Origin: Auanema rhodensis
Lineage: Eukaryota > Animalia > Nematoda
Direction of reading: 5' to 3'
Assembly: GCA_964057225.1 (NCBI GenBank)
Contig: CAXKVF010000073.1
Location: forward strand, 1-64,000
DNA: 64,000 nt
Shown here: in pieces, positions 1 through 15,000 of the stretch
Layout: each line of letters begins with the position of its first letter
Numbering within the stretch: position 1 is the stretch's first letter
Program-made: the position numbers and the translations under genes
The notes under the pieces: model-generated
What the model saw: the letters and a program-made list of their open reading frames with translations, nothing else
What the model was told of the DNA's origin: nothing
The model's database searches: none

Positions 1-3000
1 TGTACATTTAATTAGCATAAATTAAAGTTCACGTAAATTTCAAAGTCATGGTTACCATGCACCAATATCAATAAAAATTTGTTTTTAGACTAATATGGAC
101 ATGGGGAATCTAATTTTGTAAACCGCATCTCTTTATCTTTCACGTGAAGCGAGTTACATACCAAGTGCACATCACGTGTACATTTAATTAGCATAAATTA
201 AAGTTCACGTAAATTTCAAAGTCATGGTTACCATGAACCAATATCAATAAAAATTTGTTTTTAGACTAATATAGACATGGGGAATCTAATTTTGAAAACC
301 GCATCTCTTTATCTTTCACGTGAAGCGAGTTACATACCAAGTGCACATCACGTGTACATTTAATTAGCATAAATTAAAGTTCACGTAAACTTCAAAGTCA
401 TGGTTACCATGAAGCAATATCAATAAAAATTTGTTTTTAGACTAATATGGACATGGGGAATCTAATTTTGAAAACCGCATCTCTTTATCTTTCACGTGAA
501 GCGAGTTACATACCAAGTGCACATCACGTGTACAATTAATTAGCATAAATTAAAGTTCACGTAAATTTCAAAGTCATGGTTACCATGAACCAATATCAAT
601 AAAAATTTGTTTTTAGACTAATATGGACATGGGGAATCTAATTTTGAAAACCGCATCTCTTTATCTTTCACGTGAAGCGAGTTACATACCAAGTGCACAT
701 CACGTGTACATTTAATTAGCATAAATTAAAGTTCACGTAAATTTCAAAGTCATGGTTACCATGAACCAATATCAATAAAAATTTGTTTTTAGACTAATAT
801 GGACATGGGAAATCTAATTTTGAAAACCGCATTTCTTTATCTTTCACGTGAAGCGAGTTACATACCAAGTGCACATCACGTGTACATTTAATTAGCATAA
901 ATTAAAGTTCACGTAAATTTCAAAGTCATGGTTACCATGAAGCAATATCAATAAAAATTTGTTTTTAGACTAATATGGACATGGGGAATCTAATTTTGAA
1001 AACCGCATCTCTTTATCTTTCACGTGAAGCGAGTTACATACCAAGTGCACATCACGTGTACATTTAATTAGCATAAATTAAAGTTCACGTAAATTTCAAA
1101 GTCATGGTTACCATGAACCAATATCAATAAAAATTTGTTTTTAGACTAATATGGACATGGGGAATCTAATTTTGAAAACCGCATTTCTTTATCTTTCACG
1201 TGAAGCGAGTTACATACCAAGTGCACATCACGTGTACATTTAATTAGCATAAATTAAAGTTCACGTAAATTTCAAAGTCATGGTTACCATGCACCAATAT
1301 CAATAAAAATTTGTTTTTAGACTAATATGGACATGGGGAATCTAATTTTGAAAACCGCATCTCTTTATCTTTCACGTGAAGCGAGTTACATACCAAGTGC
1401 ACATCACGTGTACATTTAATTAGCATAAATTAAAGTTCACGTAAACTTCAAAGTCATGGTTACCATGAAGCAATATCAATAAAAATTTGTTTTTAGACTA
1501 ATATGGACATGGGGAATCTAATTTTGAAAACCGCATCTCTTTATCTTTCACGTGAAGCGAGTTACATACCAAGTGCACATCACGTGTACAATTAATTAGC
1601 ATAAATTAAAGTTCACGTAAATTTCAAAGTCATGGTTACCATGAACCAATATCAATAAAAATTTGTTTTTAGACTAATATGGACATGGGGAATCTAATTT
1701 TGAAAACCGCATCTCTTTATCTTTCACGTGAAGCGAGTTACATACCAAGTGCACATCACGTGTACATTTAATTAGCATAAATTAAAGTTCACGTAAATTT
1801 CAAAGTCATGGTTACCATGAAGCAATATCAATAAAAATTTGTTTTTAGACTAATATGGACATGGGGAATCTAATTTTGAAAACCGCATCTCTTTATCTTT
1901 CACGTGAAGCGAGTTACATACCAAGTGCACATCACGTGTACATTTAATTAGCATAAATTAAAGTTCACGTAAATTTCAAAGTCATGGTTACCATGAACCA
2001 ATATTAATAAAAATTTGTTTTTAGACTAATATGGACATGGGGAATCTAATTTTGAAAACCGCATCTCTTTATCTTTCACGTGAAGCGAGTTACATACCAA
2101 GTGCACATCACGTGTACATTTAATTAGCATAAATTAAAGTTCACGTAAATTTCAAAGTCATGGTTACCATGAACCAATATCAATAAAAATTTGTTTTTAG
2201 ACTAATATGGACATGGGGAATCTAATTTTGAAAACCGCATCTCTTTATCTTTCACGTGAAGCGAGTTACATACCAAGTGCACATCACGTGTACATTTAAT
2301 TAGCATAAATTAAAGTTCACGTAAATTTCAAAGTCATGGTTACCATGAACCAATATCAATAAAAATTTGTTTTTAGACTAATATGGACATGGGGAATCTA
2401 ATTTTGAAAACCGCATCTCTTTATCTTTCACGTGAAGCGAGTTACATACCAAGTGCACATCACGTGTACATTTAATTAGCATAAATTAAAGTTCACGTAA
2501 ATTTCAAAGTCATGGTTACCATGAACCAATATCAATAAAAATTTGTTTTTAGACTAATATGGACATGGGGAATCTAATTTTGAAAACCGCATTTCTTTAT
2601 CTTTCACGTGAAGCGAGTTACATACCAAGTGCACATCACGTGTACATTTAATTAGCATAAATTAAAGTTCACGTAAACTTCAAAGTCATGGTTACCATGA
2701 AGCAATATCAATAAAAATTTGTTTTTAGACTAATATGGACATGGGGAATCTAATTTTGAAAACCGCATCTCTTTATCTTTCACGTGAAGCGAGTTACATA
2801 CCAAGTGCACATCACGTGTACATTTAATTAGCATAAATTAAAGTTCACGTAAATTTCAAAGTCATGGTTACCATGAACCAATATCAATAAAAATTTGTTT
2901 TTAGACTAATATGGACATGGGGAATCTAATTTTGAAAACCGCATTTCTTTATCTTTCACGTGAAGCGAGTTACATACCAAGTGCACATCACGTGTACATT

Positions 3001-6000
3001 TAATTAGCATAAATTAAAGTTCACGTAAATTTCAAAGTCATGGTTACCATGCACCAATATCAATAAAAATTTGTTTTTAGACTAATATGGACATGGGGAA
3101 TCTAATTTTGAAAACCGCATCTCTTTATCTTTCACGTGAAGCGAGTTACATACCAAGTGCACATCACGTGTACATTTAAATAGCATAAATTAAAGTTCAC
3201 GTAAATTTCAAAGTCATGGTTACCATGAACCAATATCAATAAAAATTTGTTTTTAGACTAATATGGACATGGGGAATCTAATTTTGAAAACCGCATCTCT
3301 TTATCTTTCACGTGAAGCGAGTTACATACCAAGTGCACATCACGTGTACATTTAATTAGCATAAATTAAAGTTCACGTAAACTTCAAAGTCATGGTTACC
3401 ATGAAGCAATATCAATAAAAATTTGTTTTTAGACTAATATGGACATGGGGAATCTAATTTTGAAAACCGCATCTCTTTATCTTTCACGTGAAGCGAGTTA
3501 CCCACCAAGTGCACATCACGTGTACATTTAATTAGCATAAATTAAAGTTCACGTAAATTTCAAAGTCATGGTTACCATGAACCAATATCAATAAAAATTT
3601 GTTTTTAGACTAATATGGACATAGGGAATCTAATTTTGAAAACCGCATCTCTTTATCTTTCACGTGAAGCGAGTTACATACCAAGTGCACATCACGTGTA
3701 CATTTAATTAGCATAAATTAAAGTTCACGTAAATTTCAAAGTCATGGTTACCATGAAGCAATATCAATAAAAATTTGTTTTTAGACTAATATGGACATGG
3801 GGAATCTAATTTTGAAAACCGCATCTCTTTATCTTTCACGTGAAGCGAGTTACATACCAAGTGCACATCACGTGTACATTTAATTAGCATAAATTAAAGT
3901 TCACGTAAATTTCAAAGTCATGGTTACCATGAACCAATATCAATAAAAATTTGTTTTTAGACTAATATGGACATGGGGAATCTAATTTTGAAAACCGCAT
4001 CTCTTTATCTTTCACGTGAAGCGAGTTACATACCAAGTGCACATCACGTGTACATTTAATTAGCATAAATTAAAGTTCACGTAAATTTCAAAGTCATGGT
4101 TACCATGAACCAATATCAATAAAAATTTGTTTTTAGACTAATATGGACATGGGGAATCTAATTTTGAAAACCGCATCTCTTTATCTTTCACGTGAAGCGA
4201 GTTACATACCAAGTGCACATCACGTGTACATTTAATTAGCATAAATTAAAGTTCACGTAAATTTCAAAGTCATGGTTACCATGAAGCAATATCAATAAAA
4301 ATTTGTTTTTAGACTAATATGGACATGGGGAATCTAATTTTGAAAACCGCATCTCTTCATCTTTCACGTGAAGCGAGTTACATACCAAGTGCACATCACG
4401 TGTACATTTAATTAGCATAAATTAAAGTTCACGTAAATTTCAAAGTCATGGTTACCATGAACCAATATCAATAAAAATTTGTTTTTAGACTAATATGGAC
4501 ATGGGGAATCTAATTTTGAAAACCGCATCTCTTTATCTTTCACGTGAAGCGAGTTACATACCAAGTGCACATCACGTGTACATTTAATTAGCATAAATTA
4601 AAGTTCACGTAAATTTCAAAGTCATGGTTACCATGAACCAATATCAATAAAAATTTGTTTTTAGACTAATATGGACATGGGGAATCTAATTTTGAAAACC
4701 GCATTTCTTTATCTTTCACGTGAAGCGAGTTACATACCAAGTGCACATCACGTGTACATTTAATTAGCATAAATTAAAGTTCACGTAAATTTCAAAGTCA
4801 TGGTTACCATGCACCAATATCAATAAAAATTTGTTTTTAGACTAATATGGACATGGGGAATCTAATTTTGAAAACCGCATCTCTTTATCTTTCACGTGAA
4901 GCGAGTTACATACCAAGTGCACATCACGTGTACATTTAATTAGCATAAATTAAAGTTCACGTAAATTTCAAAGTCATGGTTACCATGAACCAATATCAAT
5001 AAAAATTTGTTTTTAGACTAATATGGACATGGGGAATCTAATTTTGAAAACCGCATTTCTTTATCTTTCACGTGAAGCGAGTTACATACCAAGTGCACAT
5101 CACGTGTACATTTAATTAGCATAAATTAAAGTTCACGTAAATTTCAAAGTCATGGTTACCATGAACCAATATCAATAAAAATTTGTTTTTAGACTAATAT
5201 GGACATGGGGAATCTAATTTTGAAAACCGCATCTCTTTATCTTTCACGTGAAGCGAGTTACATACCAAGTGCACATCACGTGTACATTTAATTAGCATAA
5301 ATTAAAGTTCACGTAAATTTCAAAGTCATGGTTACCATGAACCAATATCAATAAAAATTTGTTTTTAGACTAATATGGACATGGGGAATCTAATTTTGAA
5401 AACCGCATCTCTTTATCTTTCACGTGAAGCGAGTTACATACCAAGTGCACATCACGTGTACATTTAATTAGCATAAATTAAAGTTCACGTAAATTTCAAA
5501 GTCATGGTTACCATGAAGCAATATCAATAAAAATTTGTTTTTAGACTAATATGGACATGGGGAATCTAATTTTGAAAACCGCATCTCTTTATCTTTCACG
5601 TGAAGCGAGTTACATACCAAGTGCACATCACGTGTACATTTAATTAGCATAAATTAAAGTTCACGTAAATTTCAAAGTCATGGTTACCATGAACCAATAT
5701 CAATAAAAATTTGTTTTTAGACTAATATGGACATGGGGAATCTAATTTTGAAAACCGCATCTCTTTATCTTTCACGTGAAGCGAGTTACATACCAAGTGC
5801 ACATCACGTGTACATTTAATTAGCATAAATTAAAGTTCACGTAAATTTCAAAGTCATGGTTACCATGAACCAATATCAATAAAAATTTGTTTTTAGACTA
5901 ATATGGACATGGGGAATCTAATTTTGAAAACCGCATCTCTTTATCTTTCACGTGAAGCGAGTTACATACCAAGTGCACATCACGTGTACATTCAATTAGC

Positions 6001-9000
6001 ATAAATTAAAGTTCACGTAAACTTCAAAGTCATGGTTACCATGAAGCAATATCAATAAAAATTTGTTTTTAGACTAATATGGACATGGGGAATCTAATTT
6101 TGAAAACCGCATCTCTTTATCTTTCACGTGAAGCGAGTTACATACCAAGTGCACATCACGTGTACATTTAATTAGCATAAATTAAAGTTCACGTAAATTT
6201 CAAAGTCATGGTTACCATGAAGCAATATCAATAAAAATTTGTTTTTAGACTAATATGGACATGGGGAATCTAATTTTGAAAACCGCATCTCTTTATCTTT
6301 CACGTGAAGCGAGTTACATACCAAGTGCACATCACGTGTACATTTAATTAGCATAAATTAAAGTTCACGTAAATTTCAAAGTCATGGTTACCATGAAGCA
6401 ATATCAATAAAAATTTGTTTTTAGACTAATATGGACATGGGGAATCTAATTTTGAAAACCGCATCTCTTTATCTTTCACGTGAAGCGAGTTACATACCAA
6501 GTGCACATCACGTGTACATTTAATTAGCATAAATTAAAGTTCACGTAAATTTCAAAGTCATGGTTACCATGAACCAATATCAATAAAAATTTGTTTTTAG
6601 ACTAATATGGACATGGGGAATCTAATTTTGAAAACCGCACCTCTTTATCTTTCACGTGAAGCGAGTTACATACCAAGTGCACATCACGTGTACATTTAAT
6701 TAGCATAAATTAAAGTTCACGTAAATTTCAAAGTCATGGTTACCATGAACCAATATCAATAAAAATTTGTTTTTAGACTAATATGGACATGGGGAATCTA
6801 ATTTTGAAAACCGCATCTCTTTATCTTTCACGTGAAGCGAGTTACATACCAAGTGCACATCACGTGTACATTTAATTAGCATAAATTAAAGTTCACGTAA
6901 ATTTCAAAGTCATGGTTACCATGAAGCAATATCAATAAAAATTTGTTTTTAGACTAATATGGACATGGGGAATCTAATTTTGAAAACCGCATCTCTTCAT
7001 CTTTCACGTGAAGCGAGTTACATACCAAGTGCACATCACGTGTACATTTAATTAGCATAAATTAAAGTTCACGTAAATTTCAAAGTCATGGTTACCATGC
7101 ACCAATATCAATAAAAATTTGTTTTTAGACTAATATGGACATGGGGAATCTAATTTTGAAAACCGCATCTCTTTATCTTTCACGTGAAGCGAGTTACATA
7201 CCAAGTGCACATCACGTGTACATTTAAATAGCATAAATTAAAGTTCACGTAAATTTCAAAGTCATGGTTACCATGAACCAATATCAATAAAAATTTGTTT
7301 TTAGACTAATATGGACATGGGGAATCTAATTTTGAAAACCGCATCTCTTTATCTTTCACGTGAAGCGAGTTACATACCAAGTGCACATCACGTGTACATT
7401 TAATTAGCATAAATTAAAGTTCACGTAAATTTCAAAGTCATGGTTACCATGAACCAATATCAATAAAAATTTGTTTTTAGACTAATATGGACATGGGGAA
7501 TCTAATTTTGAAAACCGCATTTCTTTATCTTTCACGTGAAGCGAGTTACATACCAAGTGCACATCACGTGTACATTTAATTAGCATAAATTAAAGTTCAC
7601 GTAAATTTCAAAGTCATGGTTACCATGCACCAATATCAATAAAAATTTGTTTTTAGACTAATATGGACATGGGGAATCTAATTTTGAAAACCGCATCTCT
7701 TTATCTTTCACGTGAAGCGAGTTACATACCAAGTGCACATCACGTGTACATTTAATTAGCATAAATTAAAGTTCACGTAAATTTCAAAGTCATGGTTACC
7801 ATGAACCAATATCAATAAAAATTTGTTTTTAGACTAATATGGACATGGGGAATCTAATTTTGAAAACCGCATTTCTTTATCTTTCACGTGAAGCGAGTTA
7901 CATACCAAGTGCACATCACGTGTACATTTAATTAGCATAAATTAAAGTTCACGTAAATTTCAAAGTCATGGTTACCATGAACCAATATCAATAAAAATTT
8001 GTTTTTAGACTAATATGGACATGGGGAATCTAATTTTGAAAACCGCATCTCTTTATCTTTCACGTGAAGCGAGTTACATACCAAGTGCACATCACGTGTA
8101 CATTTAATTAGCATAAATTAAAGTTCACGTAAATTTCAAAGTCATGGTTACCATGAACCAATATCAATAAAAATTTGTTTTTAGACTAATATGGACATGG
8201 GGAATCTAATTTTGAAAACCGCATCTCTTTATCTTTCACGTGAAGCGAGTTACATACCAAGTGCACATCACGTGTACATTTAATTAGCATAAATTAAAGT
8301 TCACGTAAATTTCAAAGTCATGGTTACCATGAAGCAATATCAATAAAAATTTGTTTTTAGACTAATATGGACATGGGGAATCTAATTTTGAAAACCGCAT
8401 CTCTTTATCTTTCACGTGAAGCGAGTTACATACCAAGTGCACATCACGTGTACATTTAATTAGCATAAATTAAAGTTCACGTAAATTTCAAAGTCATGGT
8501 TACCATGAACCAATATCAATAAAAATTTGTTTTTAGACTAATATGGACATGGGGAATCTAATTTTGAAAACCGCATCTCTTTATCTTTCACGTGAAGCGA
8601 GTTACATACCAAGTGCACATCACGTGTACATTTAATTAGCATAAATTAAAGTTCACGTAAATTTCAAAGTCATGGTTACCATGAACCAATATCAATAAAA
8701 ATTTGTTTTTAGACTAATATGGACATGGGGAATCTAATTTTGAAAACCGCATCTCTTTATCTTTCACGTGAAGCGAGTTACATACCAAGTGCACATCACG
8801 TGTACATTCAATTAGCATAAATTAAAGTTCACGTAAACTTCAAAGTCATGGTTACCATGAAGCAATATCAATAAAAATTTGTTTTTAGACTAATATGGAC
8901 ATGGGGAATCTAATTTTGAAAACCGCATCTCTTTATCTTTCACGTGAAGCGAGTTACATACCAAGTGCACATCACGTGTACATTTAATTAGCATAAATTA

Positions 9001-12000
9001 AAGTTCACGTAAATTTCAAAGTCATGGTTACCATGAACCAATATCAATAAAAATTTGTTTTTAGACTAATATGGACATGGGGAATCTAATTTTGAAAACC
9101 GCATCTCTTTATCTTTCACGTGAAGCGAGTTACATACCAAGTGCACATCACGTGTACATTTAATTAGCATAAATTAAAGTTCACGTAAATTTCAAAGTCA
9201 TGGTTACCATGAAGCAATATCAATAAAAATTTGTTTTTAGACTAATATGGACATGGGGAATCTAATTTTGAAAACCGCATCTCTTCATCTTTCACGTGAA
9301 GCGAGTTACATACCAAGTGCACATCACGTGTACATTTAATTAGCATAAATTAAAGTTCACGTAAATTTCAAAGTCATGGTTACCATGCACCAATATCAAT
9401 AAAAATTTGTTTTTAGACTAATATGGACATGGGGAATCTAATTTTGAAAACCGCATCTCTTTATCTTTCACGTGAAGCGAGTTACATACCAAGTGCACAT
9501 CACGTGTACATTTAAATAGCATAAATTAAAGTTCACGTAAATTTCAAAGTCATGGTTACCATGAACCAATATCAATAAAAATTTGTTTTTAGACTAATAT
9601 GGACATGGGGAATCTAATTTTGAAAACCGCATCTCTTTATCTTTCACGTGAAGCGAGTTACATACCAAGTGCACATCACGTGTACATTTAATTAGCATAA
9701 ATTAAAGTTCACGTAAACTTCAAAGTCATGGTTACCATGAAGCAATATCAATAAAAATTTGTTTTTAGACTAATATGGACATGGGGAATCTAATTTTGAA
9801 AACCGCATCTCTTTATCTTTCACGTGAAGCGAGTTACATACCAAGTGCACATCACGTGTACATTTAATTAGCATAAATTAAAGTTCACGTAAATTTCAAA
9901 GTCATGGTTACCATGAACCAATATCAATAAAAATTTGTTTTTAGACTAATATGGACATGGGGAATCTAATTTTGAAAACCGCATCTCTTTATCTTTCACG
10001 TGAAGCGAGTTACATACCAAGTGCACATCACGTGTACATTTAATTAGCATAAATTAAAGTTCACGTAAATTTCAAAGTCATGGTTACCATGAAGCAATAT
10101 CAATAAAAATTTGTTTTTAGACTAATATGGACATGGGGAATCTAATTTTGAAAACCGCATCTCTTTATCTATCACGTGAAGCGAGTTACATACCAAGTGC
10201 ACATCACGTGTACATTTAATTAGCATAAATTAAAGTTCACGTAAATTTCAAAGTCATGGTTACCATGAACCAATATCAATAAAAATTTGTTTTTAGACTA
10301 ATATGGACATGGGGAATCTAATTTTGAAAACCGCATCTCTTTATCTTTCACGTGAAGCGAGTTACATACCAAGTGCACATCACGTGTACATTTAATTAGC
10401 ATAAATTAAAGTTCACGTAAATTTCAAAGTCATGGTTACCATGAACCAATATCAATAAAAATTTGTTTTTAGACTAATATGGACATGGGGAATCTAATTT
10501 TGAAAACCGCATCTCTTTATCTTTCACGTGAAGCGAGTTACATACCAAGTGCACATCACGTGTACATTTAATTAGCATAAATTAAAGTTCACGTAAACTT
10601 CAAAGTCATGGTTACCATGAACCAATATCAATAAAAATTTGTTTTTAGACTAATATGGACATGGGGAATCTAATTTTGAAAACCGCATCTCTTTATCTTT
10701 CACGTGAAGCGAGTTACATACCAAGTGCACATCACGTGTACATTTAATTAGCATAAATTAAAGTTCACGTAAATTTCAAAGTCATGGTTACCATGAAGCA
10801 ATATCAATAAAAATTTGTTTTTAGACTAATATGGACATGGGGAATCTAATTTTGAAAACCGCATCTCTTTATCTATCACGTGAAGCGAGTTACATACCAA
10901 GTGCACATCACGTGTACATTTAATTAGCATAAATTAAAGTTCACGTAAATTTCAAAGTCATGGTTACCATGAACCAATATCAATAAAAATTTGTTTTTAG
11001 ACTAATATGGACATGGGGAATCTAATTTTGAAAACCGCATCTCTTTATCTTTCACGTGAAGCGAGTTACATACCAAGTGCACATCACGTGTACATTTAAT
11101 TAGCATAAATTAAAGTTCACGTAAATTTCAAAGTCATGGTTACCATGAACCAATATCAATAAAAATTTGTTTTTAGACTAATATGGACATGGGGAATCTA
11201 ATTTTGAAAACCGCATCTCTTTATCTTTCACGTGAAGCGAGTTACATACCAAGTGCACATCACGTGTACATTTAATTAGCATAAATTAAAGTTCACGTAA
11301 ACTTCAAAGTCATGGTTACCATGAACCAATATCAATAAAAATTTGTTTTTAGACTAATATGGACATGGGGAATCTAATTTTGAAAACCGCATCTCTTTAT
11401 CTTTCACGTGAAGCGAGTTACATACCAAGTGCACATCACGTGTACATTTAATTAGCATAAATTAAAGTTCACGTAAATTTCAAAGTCATGGTTACCATGA
11501 ACCAATATCAATAAAAATTTGTTTTTAGACTAATATGGACATGGGGAATCTAATTTTGAAAACCGCATCTCTTTATCTTTCACGTGAAGCGAGTTACATA
11601 CCAAGTGCACATCACGTGTACATTTAATTAGCATAAATTAAAGTTCACGTAAATTTCAAAGTCATGGTTACCATGAAGCAATATCAATAAAAATTTGTTT
11701 TTAGACTAATATGGACATGGGGAATCTAATTTTGAAAACCGCATCTCTTCATCTTTCACGTGAAGCGAGTTACATACCAAGTGCACATCACGTGTACATT
11801 TAATTAGCATAAATTAAAGTTCACGTAAATTTCAAAGTCATGGTTACCATGCACCAATATCAATAAAAATTTGTTTTTAGACTAATATGGACATGGGGAA
11901 TCTAATTTTGAAAACCGCATCTCTTTATCTTTCACGTGAAGCGAGTTACATATCAAGTGCACATCACGTGTACATTTAATTAGCATAAATTAAAGTTCAC

Positions 12001-15000
12001 GTAAATTTCAAAGTCATGGTTACCATGCACCAATATCAATAAAAATTTGTTTTTAGACTAATATGGACATGGGGAATCTAATTTTGAAAACCGCATCTCT
12101 TTATCTTTCACGTGAAGCGAGTTACATACCAAGTGCACATCACGTGTACATTTAAATAGCATAAATTAAAGTTCACGTAAATTTCAAAGTCATGGTTACC
12201 ATGAACCAATATCAATAAAAATTTGTTTTTAGACTAATATGGACATGGGGAATCTAATTTTGAAAACCGCATCTCTTTATCTTTCACGTGAAGCGAGTTA
12301 CATACCAAGTGCACATCACGTGTACATTTAATTAGCATAAATTAAAGTTCACGTAAACTTCAAAGTCATGGTTACCATGAAGCAATATCAATAAAAATTT
12401 GTTTTTAGACTAATATGGACATGGGGAATCTAATTTTGAAAACCGCATCTCTTTATCTTTCACGTGAAGCGAGTTACATACCAAGTGCACATCACGTGTA
12501 CATTTAAATAGCATAAATTAAAGTTCACGTAAATTTCAAAGTCATGGTTACCATGAACCAATATCAATAAAAATTTGTTTTTAGACTAATATGGACATGG
12601 GGAATCTAATTTTGAAAACCGCATCTCTTTATCTTTCACGTGAAGCGAGTTACATACCAAGTGCACATCACGTGTACATTTAATTAGCATAAATTAAAGT
12701 TCACGTAAACTTCAAAGTCATGGTTACCATGAAGCAATATCAATAAAAATTTGTTTTTAGACTAATATGGACATGGGGAATCTAATTTTGAAAACCGCAT
12801 CTCTTTATCTTTCACGTGAAGCGAGTTACATACCAAGTGCACATCACGTGTACATTTAATTAGCATAAATTAAAGTTCACGTAAATTTCAAAGTCATGGT
12901 TACCATGAACCAATATCAATAAAAATTTGTTTTTAGACTAATATGGACATGGGGAATCTAATTTTGAAAACCGCATCTCTTTATCTTTCACGTGAAGCGA
13001 GTTACATACCAAGTGCACATCACGTGTACATTTAATTAGCATAAATTAAAGTTCACGTAAATTTCAAAGTCATGGTTACCATGAACCAATATCAATAAAA
13101 ATTTGTTTTTAGACTAATATGGACATGGGGAATCTAATTTTGAAAACCGCATCTCTTTATCTTTCACGTGAAGCGAGTTACATACCAAGTGCACATCACG
13201 TGTACATTTAACTAGCATAAATTAAAGTTCACGTAAATTTCAAAGTCATGGTTACCATGAAGCAATATCAATAAAAATTTGTTTTTAGACTAATATGGAC
13301 ATGGGGAATCTAATTTTGAAAACCGCATCTCTTTATCTTTCACGTGAAGCGAGTTACATACCAAGTGCACATCACGTGTACATTTAATTAGCATAAATTA
13401 AAGTTCACGTAAATTTCAAAGTCATGGTTACCATGAACCAATATCAATAAAAATTTGTTTTTAGACTAATATGGACATGGGGAATCTAATTTTGAAAACC
13501 GCATCTCTTTATCTTTCACGTGAAGCTAGTTACATACCAAGTGCACATCACGTGTACATTTAATTAGCATAAATTAAAGTTCACGTAAATTTCAAAGTCA
13601 TGGTTACCATGAAGCAATATCAATAAAAATTTGTTTTTAGACTAATATGGACATGGGGAATCTAATTTTGAAAACCGCATCTCTTTATCTTTCACGTGAA
13701 GCGAGTTACATACCAAGTGCACATCACGTGTACATTTAATTAGCATAAATTAAAGTTCACGTAAATTTCAAAGTCATGGTTACCATGCACCAATATCAAT
13801 AAAAATTTGTTTTTAGACTAATATGGACATGGGGAATCTAATTTTGGAAACCGCATCTCTTTATCTTTCACGTGAAGCGAGTTACATACCAAGTGCACAT
13901 CACGTGTACATTTAATTAGCATAAATTAAAGTTCACGTAAATTTCAAAGTCATGGTTACCATGAACCAATATCAATGAAAATTTGTTTTTAGACTAATGT
14001 GGACATGGGGAATCTAATTTTGAAAACCGCATCTCTTTATCTTTCACGTGAAGCGAGTTACATACCAAGTGCACATCACGTGTACATTTAATTAGCATAA
14101 ATTAAAGTTCACGTAAATTTCAAAGTCATGGTTACCATGAACCAATATCAATAAAAATTTGTTTTTAGACTAATATGGACATGGGGAATCTAATTTTGAA
14201 AACCGCATCTCTTTATCTTTCACGTGAAGCGAGTTACATACCAAGTGCACATCACGTGTACATTTAATTAGCATAAATTAAAGTTCACGTAAACTTCAAA
14301 GTCATGGTTACCATGAAGCAATATCAATAAAAATTTGTTTTTAGACTAATATGGACATGGGGAATCTAATTTTGAAAACCGCATCTCTTTATCTTTCACG
14401 TGAAGCGAGTTACATACCAAGTGCACATCACGTGTACATTTAATTAGCATAAATTAAAGTTCACGTAAATTTCAAAGTCATGGTTACCATGAAGCAATAT
14501 CAATAAAAATTTGTTTTTAGACTAATATGGACATGGGGAATCTAATTTTGAAAACCGCATCTCTTTATCTTTCACGTGAAGCGAGTTACATACCAAGTGC
14601 ACATCACGTGTACATTTAATTAGCATAAATTAAAGTTCACGTAAATTTCAAAGTCATGGTTACCATGCACCAATATCAATAAAAATTTGTTTTTAGACTA
14701 ATATGGACATGGGAAATCTAATTTTGAAAACCGCATCTCTTTATCTTTCACGTGAAGCGAGTTACATACCAAGTGCACATCACGTGTACATTTAATTAGC
14801 ATAAATTAAAGTTCACGTAAATTTCAAAGTCATGGTTACCATGCACCAATATCAATAAAAATTTGTTTTTAGACTAATATGGACATGGGGAATCTAATTT
14901 TGAAAACCGCATCTCTTTATCTTTCACGTGAAGCGAGTTACATACCAAGTGCACATCACGTGTACATTTAAATAGCATAAATTAAAGTTCACGTAAATTT

